DNA of 64,000 bases. Origin: Amoebidium appalachense (lineage: Eukaryota; Protista; Ichthyosporea). Where the stretch lies: assembly GCA_963693365.1 (NCBI GenBank), contig CAVNZM010000017.1:248001-312000 (forward strand), given 5' to 3'. Under the pieces are notes generated by a model. That model was not told the DNA's origin and searched no databases. It worked only from the letters and a program-made list of their open reading frames with translations. The position numbers and the translations under genes are program-made. Below are positions 34,931 to 47,569 of the stretch, piece after piece. Within the stretch, counting starts at the first letter, position 1. Each line of letters begins with the position of its first letter.

Positions 34931-36365
34931 TCATTAAAGAACACCTACTCTCCAAAAAAAAGCACATCCGTGACCGAGATGATAATAGCCATATATGAAG
35001 GGACCATCTCATCCAGAAAGATCGGTAGGGCCTCCATAGCAGCAGCATTGCATAGCAACAGTGTTACCAATAATAGATGCTTGTGCTCCACCAATGGGAT
35101 GATGCGAGAGGCGTAGATGCGTTCGTTGGGTTCCCCCCGTGCTTTAACACGGAGAGGGAGGTCAGGTCCATGGAGAGGAGGCCTATGGTGAGCCCCGACA
35201 TCGTGCCTGTTAAAGAAATGGGTGGGTGGGCGGGTGTAGTGCATGTGGATATAAATAGGTTGGGTTAAAGAAATGGGTGGGTGGGCGGGTGTAGTGCATG
35301 TGGATATAAATAGGTTGGGTTAAAGAAATGGGTGGGTGTAATGCATGTGGATATAAATAGAACGGGTCAAAGAAATGGGTGGGTGGGTGGGTGTAATTAA
35401 TGCATGTGGATATAAATAGATTGGTTAAAGAAAAAACGTGGATGGATGGGTGTATTGCATGTGGATATAAATAGAATGGGTTAAAGAAAAAACGTGGATG
35501 GATGGGTGTAATGCATGTGGATATAAATAGAATGGGTTAAAGAAAAAACGTGGATGGGTGGGTGTAATGTCTGCGGATATAAATAGAACGGGTTTAAAAA
35601 GTGTGGATGGATGGGTGTGTGTCCGATTTGCAGTTCCCATGCATGTGGAGAGACAAGATGTGAATCAGAAACTGTGGGTGGGCGGGTGTGTGATTTGAAA
35701 ATATTCTCTCAATACACAACCATCAAACTGGGTTTCTCTTAGGTATTCGGGTCGGGTCAGACCCGAATGGGATATATGCAATATGGTCAGCTCGGTGCGC
35801 ATCAAACAGCATTTGGCCCGACCCGAGGACCAAAAAGCGGTGACAATGAATAGCCTAAAAGACCCTTTAACACTTTCTCAGCCCCTGTGTACACTTGCTA
35901 ATATTCTCTTCCCTTCATTGGTTTCAATCTTCGCTTTAAAACCTACATAGACTTTTAATAGAGCAATTCGGGTTTTCCTTTAAGGTAGCTGTGCTGTCAT
36001 TCGCAAGGAAGGCTGATTTGGCGTCTTGCCATCCAAGTTTTGACGAGACACATCCATGATGTAACGGACTGCAATCGAACAAAAACCAAAAAATTTATAG
36101 AACATTTGGTGTCGCCGATATTCAGGTTTGTCTTTTTGTTAAGCCTACAACATATTCACGAGGAAAAGCCGGGAGGGGCGGGGCGGGGCGCCGGCAAGAG
36201 GGGGAGGGGGCGGGAGGGGGGGGGGGGGGGGGGGGGGGGGGGAGTTTCGAACCTGCAAAGAGAACGAGTGCAACACACAGCACCAGATCAAAGTAGAACT
36301 TGGGACTGCCCGGTAGGTCTCTAAGCTCACGACTGTACGTGTCATTGCCACACTGCACCTCCTTA
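29493..36365 (-). CDS. CNNM/CorB-type (DUF21 + CBS pair) metal transporter; exons 36365-36253, 35206-34949, 34357-34298, 33591-33485, 32918-32725, 32000-31882, 31253-31171, 30348-30263, 29756-29493; the 5' end probably lies further upstream (possible signal-peptide exon from ATG 38010)
   Basis: Motifs [115 protein letters not shown]. The model needs +1 nt in a G run (35133-35138), and the acceptor at 33592 reads CG. Confidence 0.9.
30349..30880 (-). repeat. ~21-bp minisatellite (GGCTACTGACCTACCATATAA on the gene strand) ending at the CNNM acceptor ...CCTTCCATATATGGCAG
   Basis: Roughly 20 or more degenerate tandem units are visible; the first unit supplies the AG at 30350-30349. Confidence 0.9.
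31700..31917 (-). repeat. 44-bp tandem repeat x5 made of a CNNM exon 3' end plus its 5' splice site
   Basis: cctgattgg recurs at 31749, 31793, 31837 and 31881, with the variant cctcattgg at 31705. Confidence 0.92.
35210..35620 (-). repeat. ~47-57 bp tandem repeat (about 8 units) immediately upstream of the CNNM acceptor at 35207-35209
   Basis: ttaaagaaatgggtgg...gcatgtggatataaatag unit starts at 35210, 35265, 35320 and onward. A diverged relative lies at ~59040-59170. Confidence 0.88.
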
Positions 36366-36533
36366 CTGTTGAGAACCTAAAGGGGGGGGGGTGGGGATAT
36401 GTGCGGGGGGTGGGGGAGGAGGAGGGGGGGAGGGGATTTGGGGGGGGGGGGGGGGGGGGGGATGGAAGGGTGAGGAGAGGCAAGGTGGGCAGTTGGGGAA
36501 GGGGTTGTGCGTGGGTGGTTTTTTTTTTTTTTT

Positions 36534-36564
<31 letters not shown>

Positions 36565-37623
36565 GGGAGAGATGGGAGGGTTAGTGTGTGTTACTGGATA
36601 CAGAGGTACTTATGTTTACGTATTCAAAAAGAAAAACACGGTGCAGGAAGGAGGAACATGTACACAGAGGCCTTAGGAGTTATTGAGAAACACACATGTG
36701 CAGGCAGAAGACAGGCAGAACATCAGTAGGTTGTTCCTGGGGGGGTGGGTGGGTGGGGATGGTGGGGGGAGAGGGCGCGGGGGGGGGGGGAGGAGGTTGG
36801 CAGAGAGAGATACAAAGTGTGTACGATTGCGCGGGAGGACAGGGGACGGCAGGGAAACGGGGACGGGGGGGGGGGGAGGGGGGGGGGGAAAGGGGGAAGC
36901 GTGAGGGAGGGGAAGGGGGGGGGGGAGTAGCATTTTTTACGGAAGAGTCCGAAAGGGGATCGGGGAAGGGGGGGGGGGGGGGGGGGGGAGTATATGGCAT
37001 CAAGGTTTGGGGACAGGAGGTATAGCAAGAGTGGATGGGTGGGAGAAAGGCAGTGTGTGTGTGTATGTGCGGTAAGACGGGGGGAGGGGGGTCTGGGTCT
37101 GTGTGTGTTGCGCGCTCAGGCTTACACCTCTACTTCTACATATTCACATTCAGGACAGATATTCATTTTCCGAAACAATCTCGAAACGAATTTTTATTCT
37201 CATGCAACGTCCGCCCCTTCCTCCCTCCCCCCCCCCCCCCCCCCCCTCCCCCCGGCCCTCCCCTTTCCTTACCTCCATCACATATAAAACATCCTCACCC
37301 ATGCACACACGCAAAACGAGGGTCTAAGATAATTAGTTTCCTATAATAACTATCATGAATGTGAATCCCCCCCCCCCCCCCCCCCCCCCCCCCCCACCCC
37401 CTACCCATTCAGAAAAACCCCCGTTTACGAATCATGAAACTTTCTGACCTCTCCATTTCACATCTATTCCTTGTCTGCTTCTTCTCTGACACGCCCCCCT
37501 CCCCCCTCTTCCCCACACCATTCCCCCGTGGGTCATGCCCCTTCCACCACCCCGGTTTTCTTATATCCCCCCTCCCCCCCCCCCCCCCCCCAACAACCCA
37601 AATTCACACATTCCATGCCATCA

Positions 37624-37668
<45 letters not shown>

Positions 37669-37839
37669 CCCCTCCCGAAAAAAAAAAGAAAGGAGAGAAA
37701 GAAAAAAAAGAAAAAAATTAAAACCCAAGCACAAACCAACCCGCCGACCCACCCACTCCCGCACCCACCCACCCACGCAGACACACACACACACCCACGC
37801 AGACACACACACGCACACGCACAGACAAACACACACACA

Positions 37840-37874
<35 letters not shown>

Positions 37875-38187
37875 CACACAAACAAACACACACACACACA
37901 GCGCGCGCGCGCGCACACACACACACGCACACACACACAGGACCACCCACCGTGCAAACCAATGTCTCCTGTGCGCTGGCACATGCAGCCAGCACAAGTA
38001 GACTCCACATTCTGTTTTTTAGTACTATATTTTATTTTAATTTAACATTAATTATTTTTATTTTTATATTATTTTTGGGGGGGGGGTGGGGGGGGGGGGG
38101 GGGGGGGGGGGGGCAAGGAGAGACGAGAATATGACCTCTCCTTTCCTCTCCGCAGCACAACAGCAGATGGCTCACTCTGTGTGTAAT

Positions 38188-38252
<65 letters not shown>

Positions 38253-38301
38253 CTCGGGGGGGGGGGGGGGGGGGGGGGAGGGGCCGGGGGGAGGGGGGTG
38301 G

Positions 38302-38341
<40 letters not shown>

Positions 38342-38382
38342 TCGGGAGGGGGGGGGGGGGGGGGGGAGGTTAATAGAGAGAT

Positions 38383-38432
<50 letters not shown>

Positions 38433-38747
38433 TGTGTGTGTGTGTGTGTTTGTGTGGAGAGAGAATGTGTGTGTGTGTGTCACTGCGGAGAGAAGTGCAG
38501 AAAGTGGGAAGGTTGCGGGGGTAGGGGAGGTGAGGGAGGGGGGAAGGGGGGAGGGAGGGGGGGGGGGAGGAAAGGAGGAGGTTAGAAAGCGCGGCACAGT
38601 ACTACGGATACAGATATGCTATGGGTGGTGTGCAAAACAGCTTACTAAAACTGAGAACACAAAGAATAGAGCATATAGCCACCTCCAGCAAAGGCTCCTT
38701 TCGACCACAGAAAGCCAAGTTCGTTCCCTGCCCGGGTCCGTACCGGT

Positions 38748-38786
<39 letters not shown>

Positions 38787-39140
38787 GAGGGGGGAGAGGG
38801 AGGGAGGGATAGAAGGGAGGAGTTACAGTGAGCGCGATGTGATGTGGAATGCCGCAGTGAATAAATGACGGTTTAAGGGGAGGTATGGAGGGGCACTTGG
38901 GGAAGGCGGGGAGGGAGAGGGGGAAAAGGGGGGGTGGGGGAGAGGGAGAGAGGGGGGGGGGGGGGGGGGAGGGGGGGGGAGAGGGGGGAGGGGGGGGGTG
39001 AGAGGGGGGCATGGGTGACTGGTAGCGGCAAAGCAACCCATACCACTGAGCACCCCACTTCTCCCCCGCCCCGCCCTTCCAATTCACAAAACACAGTGTG
39101 TGTGCAAGGGAAGGGGGGAGGGCGCGGGGGGGGGGGGGGG

Positions 39141-39447
39141 GGTTTGAATGCGTCAAAAAGTACGAAGTACACAAGAACAAACGGATAACACGATGCAGAA
39201 TGCAAGCCATACATAAAGAGTATGCATAATAAGCAGAGCCCATCCTCAGGGGGGGCCCACGTCATCCACAGTACCCGAGTTTCGACCTATTCCCCTCGTT
39301 AACGAAACCCAACTCAGATACTGTTTCACTTGAACATGAGTAGGTCACCCGTCTTGATCAGAGACGAGCAGGGTTGCTTATGCAGGCAAGGGCAGTGGGA
39401 AAGGCCGGGGGTTAAAGTTGCAGCAGTAAGCAGAAGCAAGAAAAATA
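39141..39447 (-). mobile_element. Dispersed repeat family, subtype B copy (near-identical inverted partner at 53367-53672)
   Basis: The reverse complement matches 53367-53672 essentially base for base, apart from C-run length. Confidence 0.92.
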
Positions 39448-39943
39448 TAGATAGGAACTCAGGAGACGGGGCTTCTAGGAAGCTCCCCCGTCGATACCTA
39501 AGTCGATACTTCCCTGGCTAACATACTACACCAGCTGAAAAGAATTAAGTCCCGAAGGCCACAGAATTCGTAATCAGAGGGGAAAATATGAGATTTGACC
39601 CACGCCGCAGGGTAGTAACACGCTTACTAGGGCGGAACTTTATCGTCTTCGAACGGAAAGCTATGCCCCCGGATGTCAGCCGGAAATATGGTATCACCCA
39701 TTGCTTTGGGCTTGAAAAAAGCCAAACCGATAGTCCGAGTTATGTTACGCCGGCGGGTAACATGCCGCATGGGTTCCAAGGGAGCTGTCGCCAACAGAGC
39801 GGTGTGTGCATGCGTGCGCGTAACGCAATGTGTGAAGTGTGTCTATAGCTATGAAAGGGGGTATGCAGAAGTGGACAGATGAAGTGTGTGGAGAGAAAAA
39901 CAGTAAGAAGAAAAGTAGACACCGGTAAGTGCAACCCCGCACA

Positions 39944-39980
<37 letters not shown>

Positions 39981-40041
39981 AATAAGCGAAGATTACAGGT
40001 AATCAACCAGAACAACAAATGACAAGCAAAACAACAGGCGC

Positions 40042-40082
<41 letters not shown>

Positions 40083-40087
40083 AGGAA

Positions 40088-40205
<118 letters not shown>

Positions 40206-40700
40206 GGAGAGAGAGAGAGAGAGAAGGGGGGGGGGGGGGGGGGAGGGGGAGGGGAGGGGGAGGGGGTCTTAGGGATGCTGCAGAATCGTCAGATATTAGA
40301 CAAATCGTACCAATACGATCATTCTCTCATATATGTGAGAAGATTGTGACTAACGATGTGCAGATCTGGTTAAGACCTGTTGGGTGTGCAGAGAAAATGG
40401 GAGGGGAAGGAGGAGGGAAAGGGGGAGGGGGGGGGGGAAGTAAGAGAGGGGAGGGAATGTTAGAGTGTCAGTAGTCTCAGGGGACCCTGCAGAGTCGTTA
40501 GATGTCAGACAAAAACGCACCAACGACCAAGTTCTCCGAGGGGAGAAATGCGTAAAACGTTCTGCAGAGTGGGTTAGAGACCTGCTGATGAGAAGAGTGT
40601 ATACAGGGTTTGGCCAGGGGGGGGGGGGGGGGGGGGGGGGAAAGGGGGGAAAAAGAAGGTAGGAGGGGAAGGGGGGGGGGGGGGGGGGGAGGAGAAGGGG

Positions 40701-40732
<32 letters not shown>

Positions 40733-40780
40733 GGGGGGGGGGGGGGGGGAGGGAAGGGAGGGGAGGGAGGGAGGGGGAAG

Positions 40781-40820
<40 letters not shown>

Positions 40821-41382
40821 CTGTGGTGGACAGATCAGAGACGAGACCTCCATTTCAAAACTTACCAGGCAACCCAAAAAACCTAGCCGGCTGAGAAAGA
40901 AGAACGGCGGGGGAATTGTTTGGGAAAAGGAGCGGGGGGAGAGAGAGGGGGGAGGGGGGGGGGGGGGGGGGACAAGACGGAGATAGGGAAAGGGGAATGG
41001 AGGGGGAGATGGAAGGAGGGAAAGATGGGAGGGAGCGAGGGAGGTGGGTAGAGCATAATTAAGGGGGAGAGGGGAAGCACGGATAGGAGAAACAGAGGGA
41101 GAGGGAGAGCGAAGGAGAGGGAGAGGGAGGGAGAGGGAGGGTGGATTGTAGAGAAGGAGAGGGGAAGGGAGCGAGCGAGGGAGGGAGGGAGGGAGGACGG
41201 AAATAGGGAGGGAGGGAGAGAGGGAGGGAGGGAGGGCGGAAAGAGGGAGGGAGTTAGGGAGGGAGGGAGGAATGGAGACCGCCCCGGGGAGGGAGTTAAG
41301 GAGAAGGGGCACGGGGGGGAGGGGCGGGGGTGGGGGGGGTGGGGGGGAGGGGGCCTTTGGAGGGAGAAAGTTGGGGGAACCT

Positions 41383-41423
<41 letters not shown>

Positions 41424-43017
41424 CAGATTTGGGGGGGAAAGACGGAGGGGACGAAGAGAGCGGTGGAGGTTTGGGGAGGTTGGGGGAGGGGGAGGAGGGG
41501 AGGCTCTCTGAGGGGGCACACCACACCTTGTGTCAAAGCTTGCTTTCAAGTACATCAATGGAAGTGTTCTGGTGTGGTGTGCAGGCAGAGAGTGTGATCA
41601 CCGCCGAATGAAAGGTGCCTGTGCATGAACGGGGAGAAGCCACGGCTCTTGGTCACAGTTGTCCTCCTTAATGGCTGTTCGAACTTGTTCTGGCTCAAGC
41701 AAAGACTCTCTATGATACCACCTACTCGGAAAGGCCTAGTGCCATAACCAGCAGCTATATGTACTATGAAGCCTGTGAAGACTTGGTGGAAAGTATCATC
41801 GATATATCTGCTTTCAGGGAAACTGATCAGTTTATGCCTATGAGTGGATTCATGTATGCGTGCCGTGACTGTGGCACAACAAACCAGCAAAAAAAACTGC
41901 CACGTTCGACTGTGGCCTCAGCCGCCGTATGAACAAGTCTACTCTGGCGAGCTCTATTCAAAAGGGCGCGTTGGCGCATGATCAGCCTCTTCCTCCAAAG
42001 GTGCGTAGCAGCAAAAAAAAAAAAAAAAGGGGTCATTAAAGGGGGTTTCTTTTAGCATTTCGGGTCGGGTCGGGTCAGAGGGGATTCTAGCTATATGATT
42101 GGCGTGCTGCGCATCAGCTGCACACCATCGTTTTGCCGGGAGCAAGGTACAGATGCTCCATAATACAACAAAAAAGAAAAAGAAAAGGGGAAAAAAAGAA
42201 ATACAGAAGGGAATAATAATAAAGCGTTAGAAAGAAGATTGCAGTTCATATCATGATTTATATGCTGAACAAATGGCTTGACCCGGAAGTGCTGGAATGG
42301 AGACAATTATTTATACCTTATAATGTGCTTTCCGATTGCTTTATTGGCCGGACTAGATATAACGAGATATACCTTAACGAGATACACAAACTCACTATTA
42401 CGGCGCACAGTGCCTGGGCTGCAACGAGCCACCGACTACTACGTACCCCACAGGGATACAAAATACATGCACACTGCTCTACCCTACTTGCACTCCTGAC
42501 CCTAAAGCCCCTTTGTGTGTGTGTGTGTGCGGGTGTGTGTGTGTGTGTGTGTGTGTCTGTATATGCATATGTGTGTGTGTGTCTGTGTGCGTGTGTGCAC
42601 GTGTGTGTGTACATGTGTGTGTGTGTGTTTGCGCGCGCGCGGGCGCGCGCGCGCGTGTGTGTGTATGTGTGTGTGTGTGCGTGCCAATAAAGCAGAGGAT
42701 AGCTGAGGGTGAGGATAACACACAAGAAGCTGCGGGCGGGTGGGTGGGTCCGAAGGGAATTCGAAGCGGCGAGGATAAGAGCTAAATGAAGTGACTACGA
42801 AACCGCTCCTTATATACTACAATAAGTCGCTTCTACCAGGCCGATAATTGGCCCCATAGCCATTGGGGCCACATCATTCGGCCGAATATAAGGGAAATAG
42901 AATTGTCCAATCAATTCGACCATTTATACCTTATAATGTGCTACCTATGACCACAACAATTTTAATATAATATGTATACATATATAAAATAAAATACAAT
43001 GCACCGTGTGCAGACAA

Positions 43018-45249
43018 TCAAGTTGAAGTTGGCGCCACTGCCGCCCCTTCCACATGGAAGGTGCGCATGCGCCACTGTCGCACCCCCACGGGAAAAAACA
43101 CCTCCTCCGGTTGCAAGGGGGTGCTGGCACTTGCCAGCTGCTGCACCACTGGCCACCACAACGCCGTGTCCCGCTCGGGCACGATAAGGATTCCGGTGGC
43201 CCCATCACGCTGAATCTTCGCCACTGTGCGCTTGATGAGGGAGAAAGGTGGAGCCCACCAGCTGGGGGCCGACCACGGCACCGCCAACCCATCCGTTGCG
43301 CCGGGCGCCTGCACCACGGATGCCCACACATTGAACCGTGGCTTGGCGGCGGACAAAGGGGTGGCGAACCGGTCAACCTCAGCGGTGATGCCCAAATAGG
43401 GCTCAATTCGCGCCACCCCCTAGTCAGCAGACACCTGCCACTCGTGGGCCCGTGGCGCGGGTCGACCCGCGACAGCCAATCAGCACGGTCGTTGAGCCAC
43501 CCGGGAATGTAGGCGACCTCCTGCGGCCACGGCAATCCCTCCTGCAGGCACAACTGCAACAGCTGCCACAACACGCGCTGCATGACAGGGCTGCCACTGC
43601 CCTTCTTGCGGACAGCGCCCAGCGCTGCCTGGGCATCGGCCTGCCACTGCACCCGCTGGCCCCGCAACCCCTCCTGCATGGCGGGGGACCGGTAGGCCTC
43701 AAGCAGGCCCTCACACTCGGCGATGGCTGCCGCCCTGGGCCGGTCAGTGGCCTGCCAGCGGCCAGCAGCCTCTAGCACGGCGTCCGCAGGCAAACCCAAC
43801 TGCCGGACCGCACCCCATCCGTGCGTAGTAGCAGCGTCGGTGATGAGTGTGGCTGTGACGGGGCTGGGCCAGATCTCGGTCCGGGGCAGACGACCGATAA
43901 ACTGGGCAGTGCGGCCAATGATGCGAAGCTGCCGCCTAGACAGACGCACCCGACTACTCCAGCTGCCGGTGCGCAGGGCGGCATAGACAGGCCGCACCAC
44001 CGTCAACACATGTGGCACGGCTTAGGGGGGCGGGTTGGTGCAATGGTAAGATCTCTGCGTGTCAAGCTCAAAGTCGCAGGATCGATCCTGGTTACTTCCG
44101 ATTTTTTCTGCCTCGACGGTCCACCGGTCTGGCTGCCCCCTAGAAGCCATCACCCCAGACCACGTCAAAGCAGCACCACCAATTTGTTATCACCCGGCCG
44201 TAAGACATGACGTCATGAACAGCACCGGCCCTCTGACGTCGACGGCGCGCCGCTTGGGCATCCCGGCCCAACGTTCAAGTGGGAGACCAATCCGAGTCAC
44301 CGGCCACGGTTCGGGTCAGCGTCCTGGGCATGGGGTCTTCCCCTTTCAAGTCTTTATGTTTGTGTATGTGTCCCGGGTCGCTCCCGGCTGGTGTTGTTAA
44401 AGTGAGCTGTGCTCACTTCCCCACTAGCGTTGCTGCGGCTAGAACCGTGGGATAAGGCGTAACTAAAAATAGTGCCAGTTGGGGTCAATTAGAATCCTGA
44501 CTTATGAGTGTGCTATACAGTACGATCTGTGTCTGGGCGGAAGACGGTAAGCTCCCCTGAGGCAGTGCCTCGCCGGGAGTGAAACGGGATAAAATAAAAT
44601 AAAAAACATGTGGCACGGCTGCGCGCAGGCTGAGCACAAGGCCCAACCATCGGGCCACCCACCCACCGTTTCCCCTTCCGTGCCTTGCCCATGAGTAGGC
44701 GGGTTTCCTCCGCCAACTTTTCCATAGAGGCCACGGTTGGGGAAAGCAGCCCCTCGGCCAAATCCATATGAATACCGAGATGATCGAACTGCTCAGCTGG
44801 TTCCCTTTGCCCCTTCTCGGGGTTACGGCTGAGCCCAGTGGCACCCAGCTCCTGCACGACGACCGCACGAGTTTCCAACACAGTCGCCGCCGCCTCAAAC
44901 ACCGCGCAATCGTCCAAAAATCCCAGCGCCCGCACCCCACGCCGACGTAGACGTCGCCCGAATTCACGCATGAGGCGGGTGAAGAAATATGGACTGAGCG
45001 AATACACGAAAGGCAAGACTGTATACTGGTATGTACAGCTGGCCACCCGCACCGATTTGAAAATACTTGCGCCACCGCGGCGCATATAGCCAGCGCAAAA
45101 TAACCGTCCTCCAGGTCGAAGCTAAACTCTTTATCGCCCGGCTGGGCAATAACCCGAAGATCACTGAGGGTTTCGTACTTCAGCCCGTGATAAACGGCAT
45201 ATTCATTGACCGGCCTTAGCCGAGCACCCAGCGACAACAATACAACCAC
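43018..45249 (-). mobile_element. Degenerate DIRS-like (tyrosine-recombinase class) retrotransposon pol: RT - RNase H - Dam-like methyltransferase, frameshifted and interrupted by a SINE
   Basis: RT: LKYETL, FDLEDGYF, YQYTVLPF..S.SP..FTR, FLDD, NPEK, HLG. RNase H: LITDAA..GWGA, YIPGWLNDRADWLSR. MT: VDRFAT...RFN, DGLAVPW, APPFSLI, LIVP...ALWWP. No gag or recombinase is seen. Confidence 0.88.
44023..44605 (+). mobile_element. tRNA-derived SINE (583 bp) inserted in the DIRS pol, with a 15-bp target-site duplication
   Basis: TSD ACATGTGGCACGGCT at 44008-44022 and 44606-44620. A-box TGGTGCAATGG 44036-44046, B-box-like GGATCGATCC 44079-44088, (TAAAA)n tail 44589-44605. Confidence 0.88.
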
Positions 45250-46123
45250 ATATGTGGCAGCAATTAACTAACTTATAAGAACGTGTACAGGTCTGAAATG
45301 ATGAGAATGATGCTTTCTTGTGACTGTGCACGTGGTAAAAAGGTCACATATATATGTTGCAATCAGATTGGTGTACTTTTTGGACTGGAACTTGCGCATG
45401 TTTGGAAACCGAATGAGAGAGGACACAAAACAACATCCGATGAAACACGCTTTGTGCAAGTTAGTACTGAATAAATTGTATGTCTATGTATGTCTAAGTG
45501 ATTATACCTTGGGTGTTTTGTGTGATTCAGATAATCACGGTGCACGTGGGCCACATAGCAAGTGGCCGGTCAGCAATCGATCAGACATTTGTGCACTTTT
45601 TTTTTTTTTTTTTTTTTTTTCACACACTGCGAGTATACTTATATATTTCTGGCTCGGGTACCTAGCAGCTCCACAATGTGGGTTTATTTTGTAGTTGGAA
45701 ATTGGTAGTATTTTGAACGCTCAAAAATGTATGGTGATATGAGATTGTTGACCTTAAGACAGTGAAGAGTGAATATGTTTAGAACTGCAATGCATTGTGT
45801 ATAGCTTGAGCAGTTGGATAAGCTTTTAATAGGTGATTGCCTGTAGTACACGGCAATGTATAATTCAAAATAAGGTAATAATCGGCCAGGATTCAGAAGC
45901 ATACCGTGATTGTGCTATGATCCTTACATTGTAATTGACATTGCCAACTTCATGTTTCTTTCTTGGCAGCTGCAGTTACTAGTACTGTAGATTGATCACT
46001 TGATTGGCAGAAGTGATCTTGAGCCACTGAGCTTTCCAGAACCGTATGATAATTATAACTCTACGCGAGTTAACCGTCTGCAGTTTATGTAGCTTTGGGC
46101 CAGAACCCAGCACGTATATGATA

Positions 46124-46164
<41 letters not shown>

Positions 46165-46859
46165 CGCCTTATATATCTTTTTGAGTTCTCAGCTCTCTCA
46201 CTCTCTCTCTCTCTCGAGCGCTCTCCGACTCTCTCTTTTCTCTCTCTAGGCTCTCTCTCTCTCTCTCTCTCTCTCTTTCTATCTCTAGGCTCTCTCCCCC
46301 TCTGTCTCTCTGTCTCTCTCTCTCTCTCTCTGTCTGTCTCTAACCCCCTCCCTCTCTCTCTCTCAGTCTCTCTCTCTCTCTCTCTCAGCTCTCTTCCTCC
46401 CCCCATTATCTCTGTGTGTGTGTGTGTGTGCACGTGCCACACGCACACGATGTGACACGTGTGTGTGTGTACTTGTGTGTGTGTACCGTAGTGAGTGTGG
46501 GTGTGGGTGTACGTGTCGGTGTGACGGTGTGGACGTGACCGTGCCAGGACATGCACATGTGTGCCGCAGGCTCTTGTGTCTAGTGTATACGGATGCATAT
46601 ATAGCTATGTGTGCATGCGCAAGGGGTGGAGGGCGGTGAGGGGGGGTGGGGGGAAGGGGAGGAGGATCGGAAACGTTAACGGGAGGTAATGGAAAATGCT
46701 AGTGCATATTTTTGCGAATCGGATCCTAATGTTTGCTGTTTGCTCCGATGGCAGCCTGCCACAGCACGAGTATCAAATTGGGTTTGCAACAACACCATGC
46801 ATGTATTCGGTACTATCCCCTCACACCCCTAGTACTCTTGCTGCCATGGTCATGCAAAT

Positions 46860-46890
<31 letters not shown>

Positions 46891-46967
46891 AAAAACAAAA
46901 AAAACACACGTGCACACACACAAACACCCACCCACGCCCACCCACCCACTCCAGTGACTCCACCACG

Positions 46968-47002
<35 letters not shown>

Positions 47003-47569
47003 CCCCAAACCACCACGATGACCACCCACCCCAACAATCCACCTGATGCATGCACACATGCATTGCCTGAGTTCTTCATCTGCTGCTGTCAGAGGCACCA
47101 GGCCTGACCCCATGCCTATGCACAGGGTCCATTCAATATCCCAACCCAAAAAAAATAACCAGGGTATGAAAATTACTAGAAAGCTAATTAAACCGAATAC
47201 GAAAAAACCTACAACGCTAAACAGAAAAATGAAATATACTAAAACACTTGCTTCAACACTGTGCCCCATTAGCCATGAAATATCGTGTAAGACTTGCAAC
47301 TGCAAACATAAATTTGATGACTATGTGTCAGATGTGTGGCTCGGCTAAAACATTGCACTACGGTAAATGAATAAATCTACCCCGAAGCTTTGTCTACTGA
47401 ACCACAAACAAAACAACGTGCTAAACGACGTTAGCCTTTGTTGTTACGGTTGTATGTAGTGCAATAAGAAAAAGCACCTCTTGCAAGTAAACTAAAGGTT
47501 TGTATGTCACATATCTTTTTTATGATGCAGTGTGGTGAATCATTCATAAACACGTGTGTGCGTTGTTGA

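Noticed and set aside
44025-44098. Free-standing tRNA gene
   Set aside because: The acceptor stem and T arm are degenerate, and the sequence is the head of a TSD-flanked, A-tailed insertion (SINE).
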